Positions 25,350-39,649 of a DNA stretch of 64,000 nt are shown here, one piece after another (position 1 is the first letter of the stretch; the number at the start of each line of letters is the position of its first letter). The stretch is taken from positions 842,542 to 906,541 of the forward strand of contig NC_069005.1 in the NCBI RefSeq assembly GCF_001194135.2. Reading direction: 5' to 3'. The notes under the pieces are model-generated. The model had not been told where the DNA came from. It saw only the letters and a list, made by a program, of their open reading frames with translations, and ran no database searches. The position numbers and the translations under genes are program-made. This DNA is from Octopus bimaculoides (lineage: Eukaryota).

Positions 25350-28300
25350 TTAAATAATTATTTCAATCTTAAAATCTGCAGTGTTTTAATACAAGTAAAA
25401 CAGAATGACATATATAATATATTGTAAAAGATAAAGAAAAAGTTAATTTTTCCATAATTTATAAATTATTAAAAAAAAATATATGAAAGAAATTGTTGTT
25501 CCACTTGTATAATAATTCTAATGGACACATGTTTAAACCATGCTGACAACTGAATCGCTGCCATCTTATGAGGCTTCTCATTTAAAACTCAAACAAGCAA
25601 CTGTACTTCAGAGATGAATTTTAACTCATCAAGTTTAACCAGTCCTTTTAAGATCTCTAACATTACTGTCTTCCAATAGCACCATCACATACACCTAGGT
25701 CAAGTCCTTTATAAGAAACAGTCTATCAGGCTAGAGTGAGTAGTAGCAAGAAATTTACTTATTTTGGATTTTGGTGTTACTCTTGTTTTTAGCCTATTCT
25801 CCAGCAAACTCCAACCCTTGGCAAACCTTTTGACAATTTTCCCTTTATGAACATCTACAAAAAATAACTGTGCTACAGTTTCGTAAATGGAGCAATCAAA
25901 CTATTTCTCATGCCAAATTAACAAGTCATCATCATCATCATCACCATCTGTGGTGATGGAAACAGTAAGATCAGTCTTTCCCATTTTGAACCTGTCAAAT
26001 CAATAACCACTGCTAGGATTTCTATAAAAATAGAATCTACAAGAGATCTGCTTTCCTACACCATACTAGGGACCGCTTACTGTGTGAACTTTAAGCTAAA
26101 GCAATATTATTGTCATATCAAAGCCTCTGTCACAATCTCTGGTCACCATGAACAGAAGTTGGAGAAAGCTTTTAAAGAGATGGAAATCAGGTCTTTTCCA
26201 GTAGATATAAAGCAACCACTGCACAAAGGAAATATAGTCCTTCACTCCTGGACAAGGAAACACATTAAGCCCTCCGCAACCATAAAATTGGTTCATGATT
26301 AAGCAAGGACATCAAATTTAGATAATTTGCCTAAGTATGAACCTGTTGATGTAGTCAGATGATATTTTTTACTAAATGAGCGAGGTACCATTGTGACTAT
26401 ACAAAATTAGTATCATCAGGGAGAAAGATAATCAGTAATATGCAGCTGAATGAAGCTAAGAACTGAAATCAGATGCCCTGCCATCACTACGAGACACACA
26501 ATTTCGATTTAGCTACAAATTATGCCATCATCTAGCCAATCCAATAAAATGATTTAAATAACATTTTCACAAAGACCTTTAACAAACTCTTTTAAAGAAA
26601 ATTAAGAGCGAAAATCAATATTCTTGACCTTAAGAGGATGTAATTATGATGTAGCAGAATAAAATACAAGGCTGTGAAGTCAGAGTTGGAAGCAATTATT
26701 GGTTTGCTGCTAGAAAGGGGGAAAAAAAAAAAAAAAACCCCTCCAAATACATTGAATCAAAATTTTCAATTTCACAGAGATTAATTGGACTCTTTACTAC
26801 AAAGAAAATAATTCAGGTTCCAGGACTTAACTTTCCAGCATTTTAATTTAATGTAATTTTTCATGTTACATTTCATTTTATAATCCAACATAAAACGAAG
26901 GGTTATGTATCTAAAGGATTTCTTATAGCATATCTGTAACCTTTAAATCCAAACTTGTAAGTAACCTGATACTGGCCACCTGCAGTGTATGCTCTCAATC
27001 CATTTGGCTTATAACTGATTAATCTAATTACAAACAAGTGCCAGTGGTACCATAAAACTGAAGAGTCCAAGTCAAAGGTTTTACATACCAACTTCACAAC
27101 CCTAATATCTTTTTAGTTGTTGCAGATAGGTTAAATCTTTCCATCAAGTACCAGTATGATTATTAACTCAAACTATTAAAGAACAAAAAGAATGCATTCA
27201 ATGGAAGAGAGAAAATGTCAAATGAAGTGTTTAGTGTTATGAATAAGATTAAAATGGTTACGAAAAATAGGGGGTAGGGGTAGACTTTCAGCAGTGATAT
27301 GAGTCTTTTGAAATTAAGCCTGCAAAAAGTTCTGAAAGATGAAACAGATTTCACATGACATCTGCCAAAGGACACTCATGCCATGCACAAAAAATTATCA
27401 TACCAAGGAAAACAGCTATGTTTTAATCAGGATTTTATAAAAATATTCAACATGTTGATCTATGAAACTAAAACCAAAGATTTCATTTCTAAAATAAGAT
27501 AGACAATTCTAGAATAGACATCGCAAGAAATATTAGAGAATAGGTTGTATGTAAATGTCTCCCAAATAATATTTTATACTGTAAAGCTATTTGCAAAATT
27601 CTATAAAGAATGATTGAGAAATAATGGGGGGAAAAAATCAAAGCAGCACTGAATTCTAAAACAATTTCAAACTACATCAGGTTATTCACCAGGCAGCTCA
27701 AGTTATTTTCAAATATGTTGGCAGTTGATCTTATCAAATAATAGACTGCAGTTAATGGAATTGGTAATTAAAATATAGAAAGTAAAAAGAGCAGAAAAAT
27801 GTAATTCCATAAATAAGTTATATTTGAAAAAAATATTAAATAAAAATTAGGGAAAAGCAAAATACCATGCAGAGTTTGAAATTGATTGAATGAACCTGAA
27901 TTTTTATCTTTACTCAGACATTATTATTATAATTATATTTTAACAAATTGTGGTGGTTAAAAATATTATTTAGCATAGATGACAGAGTGAGCAGCAGTCT
28001 TCCATGCAAACAATATGAAAGCCTGTTTTCTAACAGTCCAACATTGAACCATTTGTTTAAATAACTAGCCATCACAAACCATCAAAGCCAAGTGCCAAAT
28101 TTAGGTAATGTAACGCTGACTTTCTTCACACTTTCTACACCAATGTATCCAGTTGGAACTGATGGCCAAACCGGTCTTGCAGCAGCTCTATTTAAACACC
28201 ACTGCTTGCCAGGAAGTGTCCAGAAACTACTCGTCTCCACTTTCTCTGGCTGACAACCATATTCAGTAGAATAACTGGTCTCATCGTAACAATGGATTAA

Positions 28301-31153
28301 AAAGATAAGTCAGATGCTCTTTGCATTGCTAGAATAAGGAATATTTAACCTCTACAAGACAAAAAGGAAACATGAAACTGTGCTCATCACCCAGCAACTG
28401 GCAACATTGACATTGCTGCACAGAAGCCGATCTCAGTTACAATCTTTTCTGGAAATGGAAATCTCAATAAGAAAGGTGTATGCTATTGATTATGATGATG
28501 ATGATGACGACAGCATGCAGCACGATTCGCTGTAAAAATGAAACTGGTGGAAGATCTGAAGCTCAACACAAACACAAAAAAGAAAAAAGAAAAGTCCTCT
28601 CATTTGAGAATACTTCTGAAGGATTCACTGCCTTTACCTTTTCTCTCCACTTGGTGTGCACATGCATAAAGATATACATACAAGTATGCGCACACATTAG
28701 CATTTTCATATAGGCTTGTTCTAAGTTGGAATGGGTCAGTAATGGCTATGTGAGGCAGAAATCCACAACTGGATGCCTTTCCCAACACCAAACCTTGCTT
28801 TTCAATTAAATTATATTCTACTAAGCCTTTGCACAGCTAACTGCTGCTTGCTTTATTTCTGAGGCATCTACACTGACAAACTACCATTGCACACACACAC
28901 ACACGCATACACACCCATGCACTATCTGTTCATGGTTTTCTGTCTCATTTGTATGCTATTGTCTTCTGCATTCTAAGTACTTTCCTTTGTAGCATCCATC
29001 ACCTCAGTAATATTAACTATCCAGAAGTGCAGTACCATGAAATTTGAAGTTTTGAGACTTTGTACTGAAATTAGGTTAAATCTGATCTCCATGCCTGATG
29101 AGATATTCCACGATTTTCCTTTCCTGTTAAATTACTTGTACCCTGAGAGTTTGCCCTGGCACCCTGTCACTACATCTTTGTCTTCTCCCCAGCTACTACT
29201 ACTCACCCCGAAGTAGTGTGAGGTAGCCATGTATTGTCGTAGCAAGACACCTTTGCTTGTCCCTATATCATACTTATGACACATGAAAAAAAAAATCCCC
29301 CAAAAAACAGACATTAAATGACAAAGATGCTGATGATGTCCTATTTTGTAAAACAGACAAACTTATAAATTAGAGAGGTGGGGAGGGAGAGTCCTTGAAC
29401 ATTAAGAACTGACCCACAACAAACTCCTAACAGCTATCTGTGATTTGGAGTGGCAGTGATCAAAAAGGCTGCATATGTAGGAACTTGGTTACCGTTAAGA
29501 ACTGACCTACAATGGATGTCTAACATACTGTAAAATAAAATCACAAGTTGATTAAGTAGAACAATAGACTTTGATACTTAGTAATATTGATTTCAAATAT
29601 TAGCACAAGGTCATACAATTTGAGGTGAAAACAACCAATTAAAACTTCTCTTCTCCACCCCTTCCCAACTTCTTGATTGGAACTTTATCAATCCCAGAAA
29701 GATAAAAGGCATAAATGAACAAAAGATTTGGACCCAGAACATAAAGTACCATAACAAAATCCTACAAGGCAATAAATAAAAGCTGCCATAATATTTTAAA
29801 GCATGAAAGATAACAAGGAGTGCAAGGGATGGAATGAAATCACAAGTTTTTAGTACTCCATCAGAGGTACACATCCACACACACCTTTCAAACTCTACAT
29901 TCTGCATTCATCTCACTCCCTTTCACTTTTACATGAAGACCTTAATAAAGCTTTATTGCAATGGGGGGAGTCAATAAAAAGACTCCCAGTTCAGTGGCAT
30001 GCAAGAAAAAAAAACAACAACAAAACAGAAAAGACAAGTTCACAGACGAGTTGCCACAATATTCAAAATCTGCTTTCATTGAAACATTGTTCCTGAGGCT
30101 GAAATCTATACGAAAGGAAATAAGTGACACTGCTGTGGTCTGGAACAACCCAATTTTGAAGTTATGATCTTACTATGTATCCCAATGATTAGATCAGGGA
30201 ATAATTTGTAATTTTAACACAAAATGATAAACAATGGTGTAAGAAAAAAAAACATACTAGATGATATGGAAGAAAACCAGATTATGTTTTCAAAGATATA
30301 GAACAATATTTAATATTCTTCACTGTGTGAAGAGAAAAGCAATGGTAATTAGTGAAATTAAGAAAACTGCTTTAAGTACATGTTTTGTGTGTCTATTAGT
30401 TGTGAATGGTAGTAATGCTAAAACAAGAGGGAAAAAAAATCTTAAACACAAATATTATCACCTGTTCAACAGGAGGTGACAGCTTAGATGATCTAGTTGT
30501 GTAAAAAAAAAAATAATAATAATAAAAAACTGAAGAATTGTTTGTAGAACAGGAGTTGAATGAAAGAAAATATTTAGTTGGCATGAGCATTAATAATTCC
30601 AAATGCAAGTCTGATGTCGACCAACCAGACACAAAACTACTACATCAACTGTAAAAATTAGCCTACATATGGCAAAATAATCTAAAACCCATTTCTTTAA
30701 GAATGATCCAACTATGGAACACAGTTTGAAATGTCAAAGAGATTTACGGCATTGAATAGTATTATATGAAAGTGTTTACACTGAGTTGAAAAAAAGTTAT
30801 GCAGCTTAAAATTAGATGAGACTGCTGGTTCTATTGAATATAGAAGAAAAGGCAAGAAATAATAATAATGGTACGAAAGATTTACAATATCAACAGAACA
30901 AAAAGAAGATTGTTTTAATATCTTCCAGCAAAAATAACAGTCAACAGAATAAACATTACAAAGAAAGACCATGTATAATAACTGCTACAAGATCTACTCT
31001 TACTGGACTGTAGGCCATGTTGGGAATACCAAATCCCAAAAAGGTTTTATTAAGCCCTGTTTGTTAAACCACTAAGTTAGGGGACATACTGACACAACAC
31101 AGGTGCTTATATCAATGTAAATGTAACAAGATACAGATATACACCCACACATG

Positions 31154-31195
<42 letters not shown>

Positions 31196-31205
31196 NNNNN
31201 NNNNN

Positions 31206-31240
<35 letters not shown>

Positions 31241-33449
31241 TATTGTTGTAATACTATGTTCATCTCTCCAAATAACAAGAGGTAATGAAAACAAGAGAAA
31301 AATGACTAAAACTTACCAAATATTCAAACAATAAACTAGGGAAATATCAAAGAGGTGGCAGTGATGGTGGGGGAAAGGTTTACTAATGTAAAAGCACTGT
31401 GACATATTCTTGTTGGATGTGAACAGATAGTCCCTTGGTTTCTTTGAAATTATAATTGTTATAAACATATTGTGAAGACAGTGAGAGATTGGTGGGTGAA
31501 GTAAGGGAGAAGTGAATCTAAGAAAGGCAGAAAGTGAATAAGGCACAGAACTGTTGGATTTCAGCAAAGAGAGAGGTTAAAAATAAACAATAAAAGCAAC
31601 ATTTATATTAAAATTGAAATTGAAGATTTTAATAACATTTTAAATTTAAATTTGTTTCAAAAGATTAAAGTTTTGGTTATGTATACACTTGTGTTACTAT
31701 CATCACACACATACATACACCATTATTTACTAGCAAAATTAGTAAATTTCAAATTTTCTTTATTTTACAAATAAAAACATTAAGAAATATAAACATGAAA
31801 TGTTATAATATTGGAATTAAGAAAAATAGTGGCAGATTTCAGGGTGCAATAAAAAAGCTTGTACATAAAAGGCAAGATAAGGTGTTTGGTAATACTAAAC
31901 AACAAAACAGTTAAAAATATAAACCATGAGAGAAACAATATAAAAGCAAGCAAGTTTCCATCCAAAAATATAAACAAATAAATTAAAATGCAACCAAAAT
32001 TATCTTTATGGAAATCAATTGTGTGTGGCATGACAAAATGTTGTATTTATCAGTCATTAGTTAGTTAAAATGTGCAATTGGAAATTTTTCATTTATTTTT
32101 GAGAAAATTTACAGGCAAGTCTTAAAAAGATTCATTAAATGTTTTGTAATTCAGATACAATAGAAATAATTTATCAAATCATGTTCTTGAGAGAAATAAA
32201 CTCCAATGTTAATTACACAGTATAATGATTTAATTTATCAATCAAAAAAGTATAATACTTAAGTATAGGATATAAACAGCAGGCACAGGCATAAAAGCCA
32301 TGCTCATATATATATTATGAGAGAAATTTGAAAAATCTTCAGGGCATTACCAGACTCTTTACAATCAATACCAACCCATGGGGAGGGGGTTATAATTGAA
32401 AATAACAATGAGACTTCTTCAACTGATATTTAAAAGCTGTTTCATAAACTTTAGCAATGGCCTACTTTCTGACCTGAACTCACCTCCTTAAAAACCTAGT
32501 TATCAAATCATAAACCCAAAGTCAATCGCACATTTACATAAAAAGAAAAAAAAGAATTGCAACACAGAAAATTTCAATTATATCAAGAGAATGACCAGAA
32601 ATGCCAGAAATTTTTGGTTATTTGTTATTTACCAACAAGAAAGCTATTGTACAATGTACTAGAAAAATAGGTTTTGTAGTTAATAAACTAACTACAATGT
32701 TATTAATATCAAGATTCCTCAAAATGGGTGAACAATTTTACACACACAACTCTATAAAAAAGTAACTAAAAAATTTCTTAGCAAAAGCGAAACAAATCAA
32801 TAGTAACAGAATATTTTTTCCTTTCATTTTTTAAACCCTTCTTATATTTTTCATTTGATACATGCAGACATATATAATGGTCATATGGGAAAGGTGGGAG
32901 GAGAACCACTGATTCATCAGAGAAACCTTAAGCCCTCCTAAAAATTCCATATTCTTTCATAGACCTTCATATGGGGTGCCTGAATACATTTCCTCAGAAC
33001 AACTAGTCAAATTCTTTGAAACAATGGTCTATGTGAGTCACCATTTCTCTGCAAATCCACTCTTGATAAGGCAGTTAATGGGGGATGTCTTTCATTCAGA
33101 GTCACTGCTGGCTCTAAAGCCCACTCACTCACAATTTAAAGAAATGAATAAAAAAGAAAAGAGAGAAAGAAAAACCAGCCTTGTTGCAATTCAGATTTTG
33201 AAGAACTTTGCTGTTTGCACTTTCAAAGCTGTCATTACAAACCTATCACAGATGGTATTATACAAACCTTGCTATGAACCAACTGCAGAAGCCAAAAGTT
33301 TGTCATTTCCCCCAGCTGTGGCAAAAAGAAGACCACTTAAAATCTAAGATAGCAGCCAAAGCCCATTTTTTTCTCTTTTTTTTTTAAAAATCTGTTGCAG
33401 GTTAAATTTCATAATGTTGCTCAAGATACATGAAAGAACCATTATACAG

Positions 33450-33790
33450 TCTTTGCTAGGTTAAGGATGTGTATAAGAGATCATGAGTGATAGTGAGGTG
33501 CAGCATTTGGACCAATAGCAAAGGTTCTTGTGTGCAGCTATGTTTAAATTGGTGGTGCAATGTTATTTTGTCTGTGTGTTTTTTTGGTGAAACGAGATTA
33601 AAATGATTTTATTGAAGGAAGTTTTGGAATTTGGTGCAGTGTTTCTGGGAAGGAATGGAGAGTTGCATTCTGTGTCTGGGTAGGCATTGTTGGCAGTGGC
33701 AGTGAGTAGGAGGAACCGAACCATGGAGTACACCAAAGCTGATGTAGTGTCCAGCAGACAGAACTCCAACAAAGGATGTTATAGTGTGAT
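33450..33790 (-). mobile_element. Highly decayed LINE RT fragment (CR1/L2-like)
   Basis: GVLHGSVPPT resembles GVPQGSVLGP, followed by NSKTSFNK..LISF-like sequence. Confidence 0.4.
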
Positions 33791-36700
33791 TTGACAAGAA
33801 GCTATTGATCTCACATCCATGAATCAGGATATAACAAAGGGAGATATTTATTCAGAATGACTCTCATAAGACATTTCATTTAAAAACTGCACCTGGTTGG
33901 CAAGATGGACCCAATGAACAGATTCCAAAATTCGGTCTGGACTTTTTTCTTCTAAAACAATTATTCTAGTTTGTCTTGAAAATTTAATATTAATTAGCTT
34001 TACCAGTTTTCATGAATATACTGCATGAAAATTAAGATCTAAATAATTTGATTCCTTGTCTTTACTTTATTGTTCAAGTTAAATTTATTTGTTAAATTAA
34101 TTTAATTTTAAAGAGAGCTAAACAACCATTAGTACACCAATCATAAACCAATCATTGCCTGGTAGTAAAATTCGCATTCAAGCAACTTGGGTAAAAAACA
34201 ATTTCACCAAAAAGGCTACACTTTTGAAGGAAGTGATCTTGTACTGACAAACTGAAACTCCTCAAAACTCAAACTGATTGGATGTTAATTTAGTTTCATG
34301 TAACATAAAAGAATTTAGTAGTGACATTCACAGCCAAAAACCTGGGAAAATATCATCATCTTGAATATAGCATTTACTGGGATACAAAAATAATAAAGTA
34401 ACCAACCCAAACAAGAGTTCTACAAAAGATGAAGTTCTTTTTTTAACAAACGAGAAAACTAGCCTATGAAAGTAAAAAAAGAAAAAAGAAACATTAGATA
34501 TGCATCAAAGAAAGAGAAATATAAGTGTTTGAACATATCGGTGTAATGTACCTAGAATTTTAGAAGTGAAAGAAACATACCAGAGATGAAATAAAAACAA
34601 GTTTCTCGCAGGAAATGAAAAGGATATTTAGGAGAGTTAATATACTAAGTACCTTTCAGTACCTTGGACAGCAAGTTATGTCTTTCTTCCCAGTCAGGTC
34701 CTGAAATTTCAAGGCGTTCTAAATTATGTTGCGAGGAGAAGCGGAGAGAAGAGTTCAGGAGTTTCTTGGCACAGAAAATAGAGAAATGCATGACTGGGTC
34801 TTCGTTTTAATTGGATCCAAAAATATATGTACATATGTAAATATATATGTATGCATATTATATTATACACATGTGCACACTTATGTTCTTATGCACATAC
34901 AAGAACATGTTTACATACAAACATAACCTACACACAACCATATGTACACATGCATGCATACATTGGACATACATACACATGCATTTACATGTATATGCAT
35001 ACATTATATATTACACTTATGAAACTGACTAAAGTTACTTGTTTACGTAAATTGAAATAGATAAATTGATGGATAAATTTTTTTTAAAAAAAGCTATCTC
35101 AACACCAAAACAAATATTGTTACCTGAAACAGTCATTACTAAAATCTTAATTACCAAATAGAGACCAATTAGAATTAACCATTTAAAATAGGTATAGTTT
35201 AAAGACCAAAGTATAATAATAATATTAATAATAAATTGCAACTGACTGTAACAAACCTAATTTGTTTAGGATTAACAAAATAGTAAAAGCTGTTTAAAAA
35301 AATATAATTCCTCACATTAGCAACTAAAAATGTAAATAAAAAGAAAGCAAGCTACAAAAAAAAAAAACAAAAAAAAACTGAAAAGGTAAATAATAGTTCT
35401 CCAATACACAAGTAAGCAAGCAGAGAGCTTGTATCAGGTGCAATGAAATAACAAGCATTCTATTTATAATTATGATGATAAAACTACCATTGATGCACCG
35501 GAGGAAAAAAACTAGTTGCAGTGAATGGTCACATTTTTTCAATTGATATTTCCAATTGTACACAAGAAGAAATTTACAGCATAATGACAATTTATTTGAA
35601 ATAAAATTGAACAGATGAAATACACAATACCATCTTATCCAACAATTAGTTTTAATTACTGTTTCCATATAAAGTAGGAGTATGATTTTGAAAACAAAGA
35701 AAAATTTAAATTGTATTCCAGATATGAAGATACAAAAATTTAAGTAAATAATTTGTGAGATATTCCAACAGAAATTTGGGACATTTTCTAATACAGAATA
35801 TTAAACCCAGCTTCTGCATGTAATAATCATAGGATACACTCAGAACTATTCATAGAGATCAAATTATTTGTGAATAATACAAATCATCATCATTGTTTAA
35901 TGCCTATTTTTCCCTGCTTGTATGGGTTAGACATAATTCATTGAGACAGATTTTCTATGGTTGGATGCCCTTCCCGTCACCAACCCTCACCAGCTTCAAA
36001 GCAAGTTAACACGCTGTGATGCTCATCACAGGTCAAGTCAAAGGTACACTCAAACACATCATCATTTAACGTCTGTTTTCCATGCTGGCATGGGTTGGAC
36101 AGTTTGACTGAGGACTGGCAAACCAGGAGGTTGCACCAGGCTCCAATCCGATCCGGCAAGGTTTCATTATAATTCAATGACTGTTCAACCCCTGCTAGCT
36201 TGGATCGAACAGTTTGACAGAGTCCAGTGAGCTACATCAAGTGCCACCATCAGCTTTGGCATGTTTTCTTCTATGGGTAGATATCCTTCCTGATGCCAAC
36301 CACCGAACAGTGTGAATTGGGGGCTTTTTACTTGCCACAAGTGAGGATGTGGAATAATTTGCAAAATTCCCTCAATTGAGTATAAGAGGAATATTTGAAG
36401 GGGACAGTTGTTTTTATGCCAGGAGTCGAGAGGCTGAAAGTATGATAGATCAAGCACAGGTGCCTTGCTGTTGAGAAAGGCAGAGATGGTGGCAATGAGA
36501 TGCCAGAGCATATCAAGGCATGAAGGCAGGTTGGAAGGAGAGAGGAGGGAAAGTTTCATAAGATTGTGAATGCAGAGTAACAGATGGGTAGAGGTAGAAG
36601 TGAATATAGTGAGTGATGAACAAGGGTGGAGGTGCAGTTGATGGGAAAACCAATATGGAGAGGGGGTAAAGTGGGAGAAATATACACAGCTCAGGAAAGA

Positions 36701-36934
36701 AAATAAATCCAAAAGTAGGAAGATGTGCAAGGTGTAGGAGCAGTAAAGACAGAGATGTTGAATGACAGATGCAAAGGGGTGGGGGTGGGGAAGGCAACAT
36801 GTCCTGACAGTTTAAGTGATTGCAGCAGCAGAGTAGTAGTGTCATAGACAGGAGTGTTGGACATCAGGAGATGAAATGTGGGGAGGAGAGAAACAATGCC
36901 CTGTATAAACAGAACCAAGGTGGTTTTAGGACAT

Positions 36935-37290
36935 CATTTCTGCTGTACAGCAAATCGCCAATCATTTCGATCCTTTGTCATCTCCTCTGTAAGACTGAGC
37001 ATATTGCAATCAACTTCACTACTTTGTCCTCCTGGGTTTCCCTCTTCCACAAAAGCCCCATCTCTCTATGCAGCTGTTCTCTTATCCATATCCATCACAT
37101 AAACCAAACCAGCACAGTTTTCTCTCTTTTCTATATTTGATTTCTCTGACGCCCAATTTTCCATTCAATACATTAGCACTTTGGTACGCATGCACACTGG
37201 ATATTGTACATTCCATGGAGCATACTAGTTCACTCTTCTCTAGTCATTGCATTCGGGGCCCTTGGTTCACTGCCATACACATTATCATCT
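36935..37290 (-). mobile_element. 3' end fragment of an RTE-type LINE
   Basis: Minus strand gives ..LEKSELVCSMECTISSVH (cf. LERNEASMLRWMCNVSVH) and ..LTEEMTKDRNDWRFAVQ, typical of RTE C-termini. Confidence 0.6.
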
Positions 37291-37967
37291 AACATCAGTC
37301 TTCCATGCTGGCATGGATATACACAAATATACATACAATGGGAGTCCCTCAGTTTCTGAGTGGGACAGAACCCGACATCACATGGTTGAGAAGCAAGCTT
37401 CTTAACCACAAAGTCACACCCACATGTAATCTACAGATAAACGAACAGATCTATTGGAATAAAGCCATTATAGTGATTTTACAATCTGATTAATTAAGTG
37501 ACACTTCCTAAATAAAAGATCCAATCTTTATTAAAAAAGTTACAAACATACTTTACATTTTGTTGGCAATATACAGATTCAATTACTGATGTCATCAAGT
37601 TCATTTTAAATTATTTTAATTCTTGTTACAAAAAAAAACATGGAAAAAATTAGCTGCAAATTCTAGAGTTTGAACTCTGCTACAGCCATATTTCTTTTTT
37701 ATCTTCCTAAAAGGTACAATATTTTGTTTAGCAATTAAGTTTAGCATAATTGTCAGAAAGAAGATTCAAATATAGAACAATTTTTTTTTTTTTAACTACA
37801 CTAAAATTGACGAATGGATAAAGAAATAAAATGTATTAAAATTATTAAACATAAGTGATTTTTCAGAAAATGGTAGCATTATGACAAATCCTTGAACCTT
37901 TCGATACCATCTTACCTGAAACCACTCTTGGTTCTATGAGACAAGCTTGTTTTAAAATAATCAAAGT

Positions 37968-38159
37968 TTAACCCTTTAGCATTTAGACTGTCCATATCCG
38001 GCCCAGATATTCTACCTGTTTTATGTTCAAGCTTCGTACACCTATCTTTCACATCATTCTACATGTAAGCAATCACATCATCAAAATCTCAAAGCTACAA
38101 GATAATGCATGATTAAATAAGCATTACACTTGATAGTCCTCTGAATACTAAAGAGTTAA
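37968..38159. mobile_element. TTAA-flanked MITE (piggyBac-like ends)
   Basis: TTAA-CCCTTTAGCATT ... AATACTAAAGAG-TTAA; related ends at 54660-54778 and a right end at 10080-10096. Confidence 0.7.
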
Positions 38160-39563
38160 ACCTTCTCTTATGATTTCATGTCAATTTATATTCTCAACAT
38201 CAGCTTAATAAAGATAAAGTTGTTTTACTAAATTCTTCATTATTTTTTAAATTAATTAAAACAAAGGAACAGTATTTCAACAGAAATATAACAAAAAGGT
38301 ATATCAGCACCAACCCCATGCTGGGCATGGGGTTGGTGGTTTGACAGGATCCGACATGTTGGAGGATGATGCTCTGCTCCAATGTCAGCTTTGGCACAGT
38401 CTTTATGTCTGGATGCCATTCCTTNNNNNNNNNNNNNNNNNNNNNNNNNNNNNNNNNNNNNNNNNNNNNNNNNNNNNNNNNNNNNNNNNNNNNNNNNNNN
38501 NNNNNNNNNNNNGGATATAAGGAAGCAAATTAGAATGCACAAAATTACAAAACAGGTCAACATTCTTGAGCTTACTCATCATACAGCCAATAAGGCACCA
38601 ATTTTTTTCCCAAAATGTAGTCAATATATTTAGCAGATGGTAACTTAATCATTCAGAGATTCTGGTTCTAAAGTACCTAGTGCTTCAAGTTGTTTACCAA
38701 ATAAAAGAAAAAATTGCATTGAATGACAGAAATATTTATAACTGAATAAAAAAGACATTGCTGATAATCTTTTTTTTTTTTGATATTTTAATTTGAAAGA
38801 CATGATAAAACAAAAAAGAAATATAGTAAAGAATATATTTTAAGAGCTAACCTACCCCACCAACAAATTAAAGTTTTACTAAACACAAACATTTTAGTGT
38901 CCACACTGATATAACATTTAATATATTGACAAACACACACATATAGGAAAATAGAATTAAAGTTTATTCTCAGTACAAAATCAAATCATCAACCACAGCT
39001 TTCTGATCCAGAAGCCATACACACATTTTACACAAGGAACCACTGAAAGAGACTGATGCTGCCAACTTTGCAAGCTTCATTACTATAAAGTGGGTCCTCT
39101 CATTTTTTTTTTCCAGTTTAGAATGAACTATTATTTATAGTAATGAATGTTATGCTCAAATGAAGCAGAACCATGATCATTATACACACACACACACACA
39201 TATATTTATTTATTTATTGATTGTTGGATGCAGATCAGATTCAACAATTTATTCCATTCATTCATCATTGATGAATTCTTGTACAAGTCTACCAATGTTG
39301 AACTATGGTAGTGTGGGTTAAATTTTTTATTCCAGCAAATGGCTATTATCTTCTTTTAAGGTATATGCAACAAAATCAACTTCTGCCTTAGGATTAATTT
39401 GACAAATATTTAACTGCTGTTAGTAGTAGGTCAGATAAATACATAAGTTATTTGCCTGTAAATTATAATTTTAGTTTGTGAAATTGTCTGCTAATGAGCA
39501 ATCACTTTGAAAATGGACATATATATATTGAAGCACCTAGATTCTAATGAAACCTCTTACCAA

Positions 39564-39649
<86 letters not shown>

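Noticed and set aside
36185-36845. 181-aa and 110-aa minus-strand ORFs
   Set aside because: Complement of purine-rich low-complexity sequence plus SINE body; stop-poor by composition.
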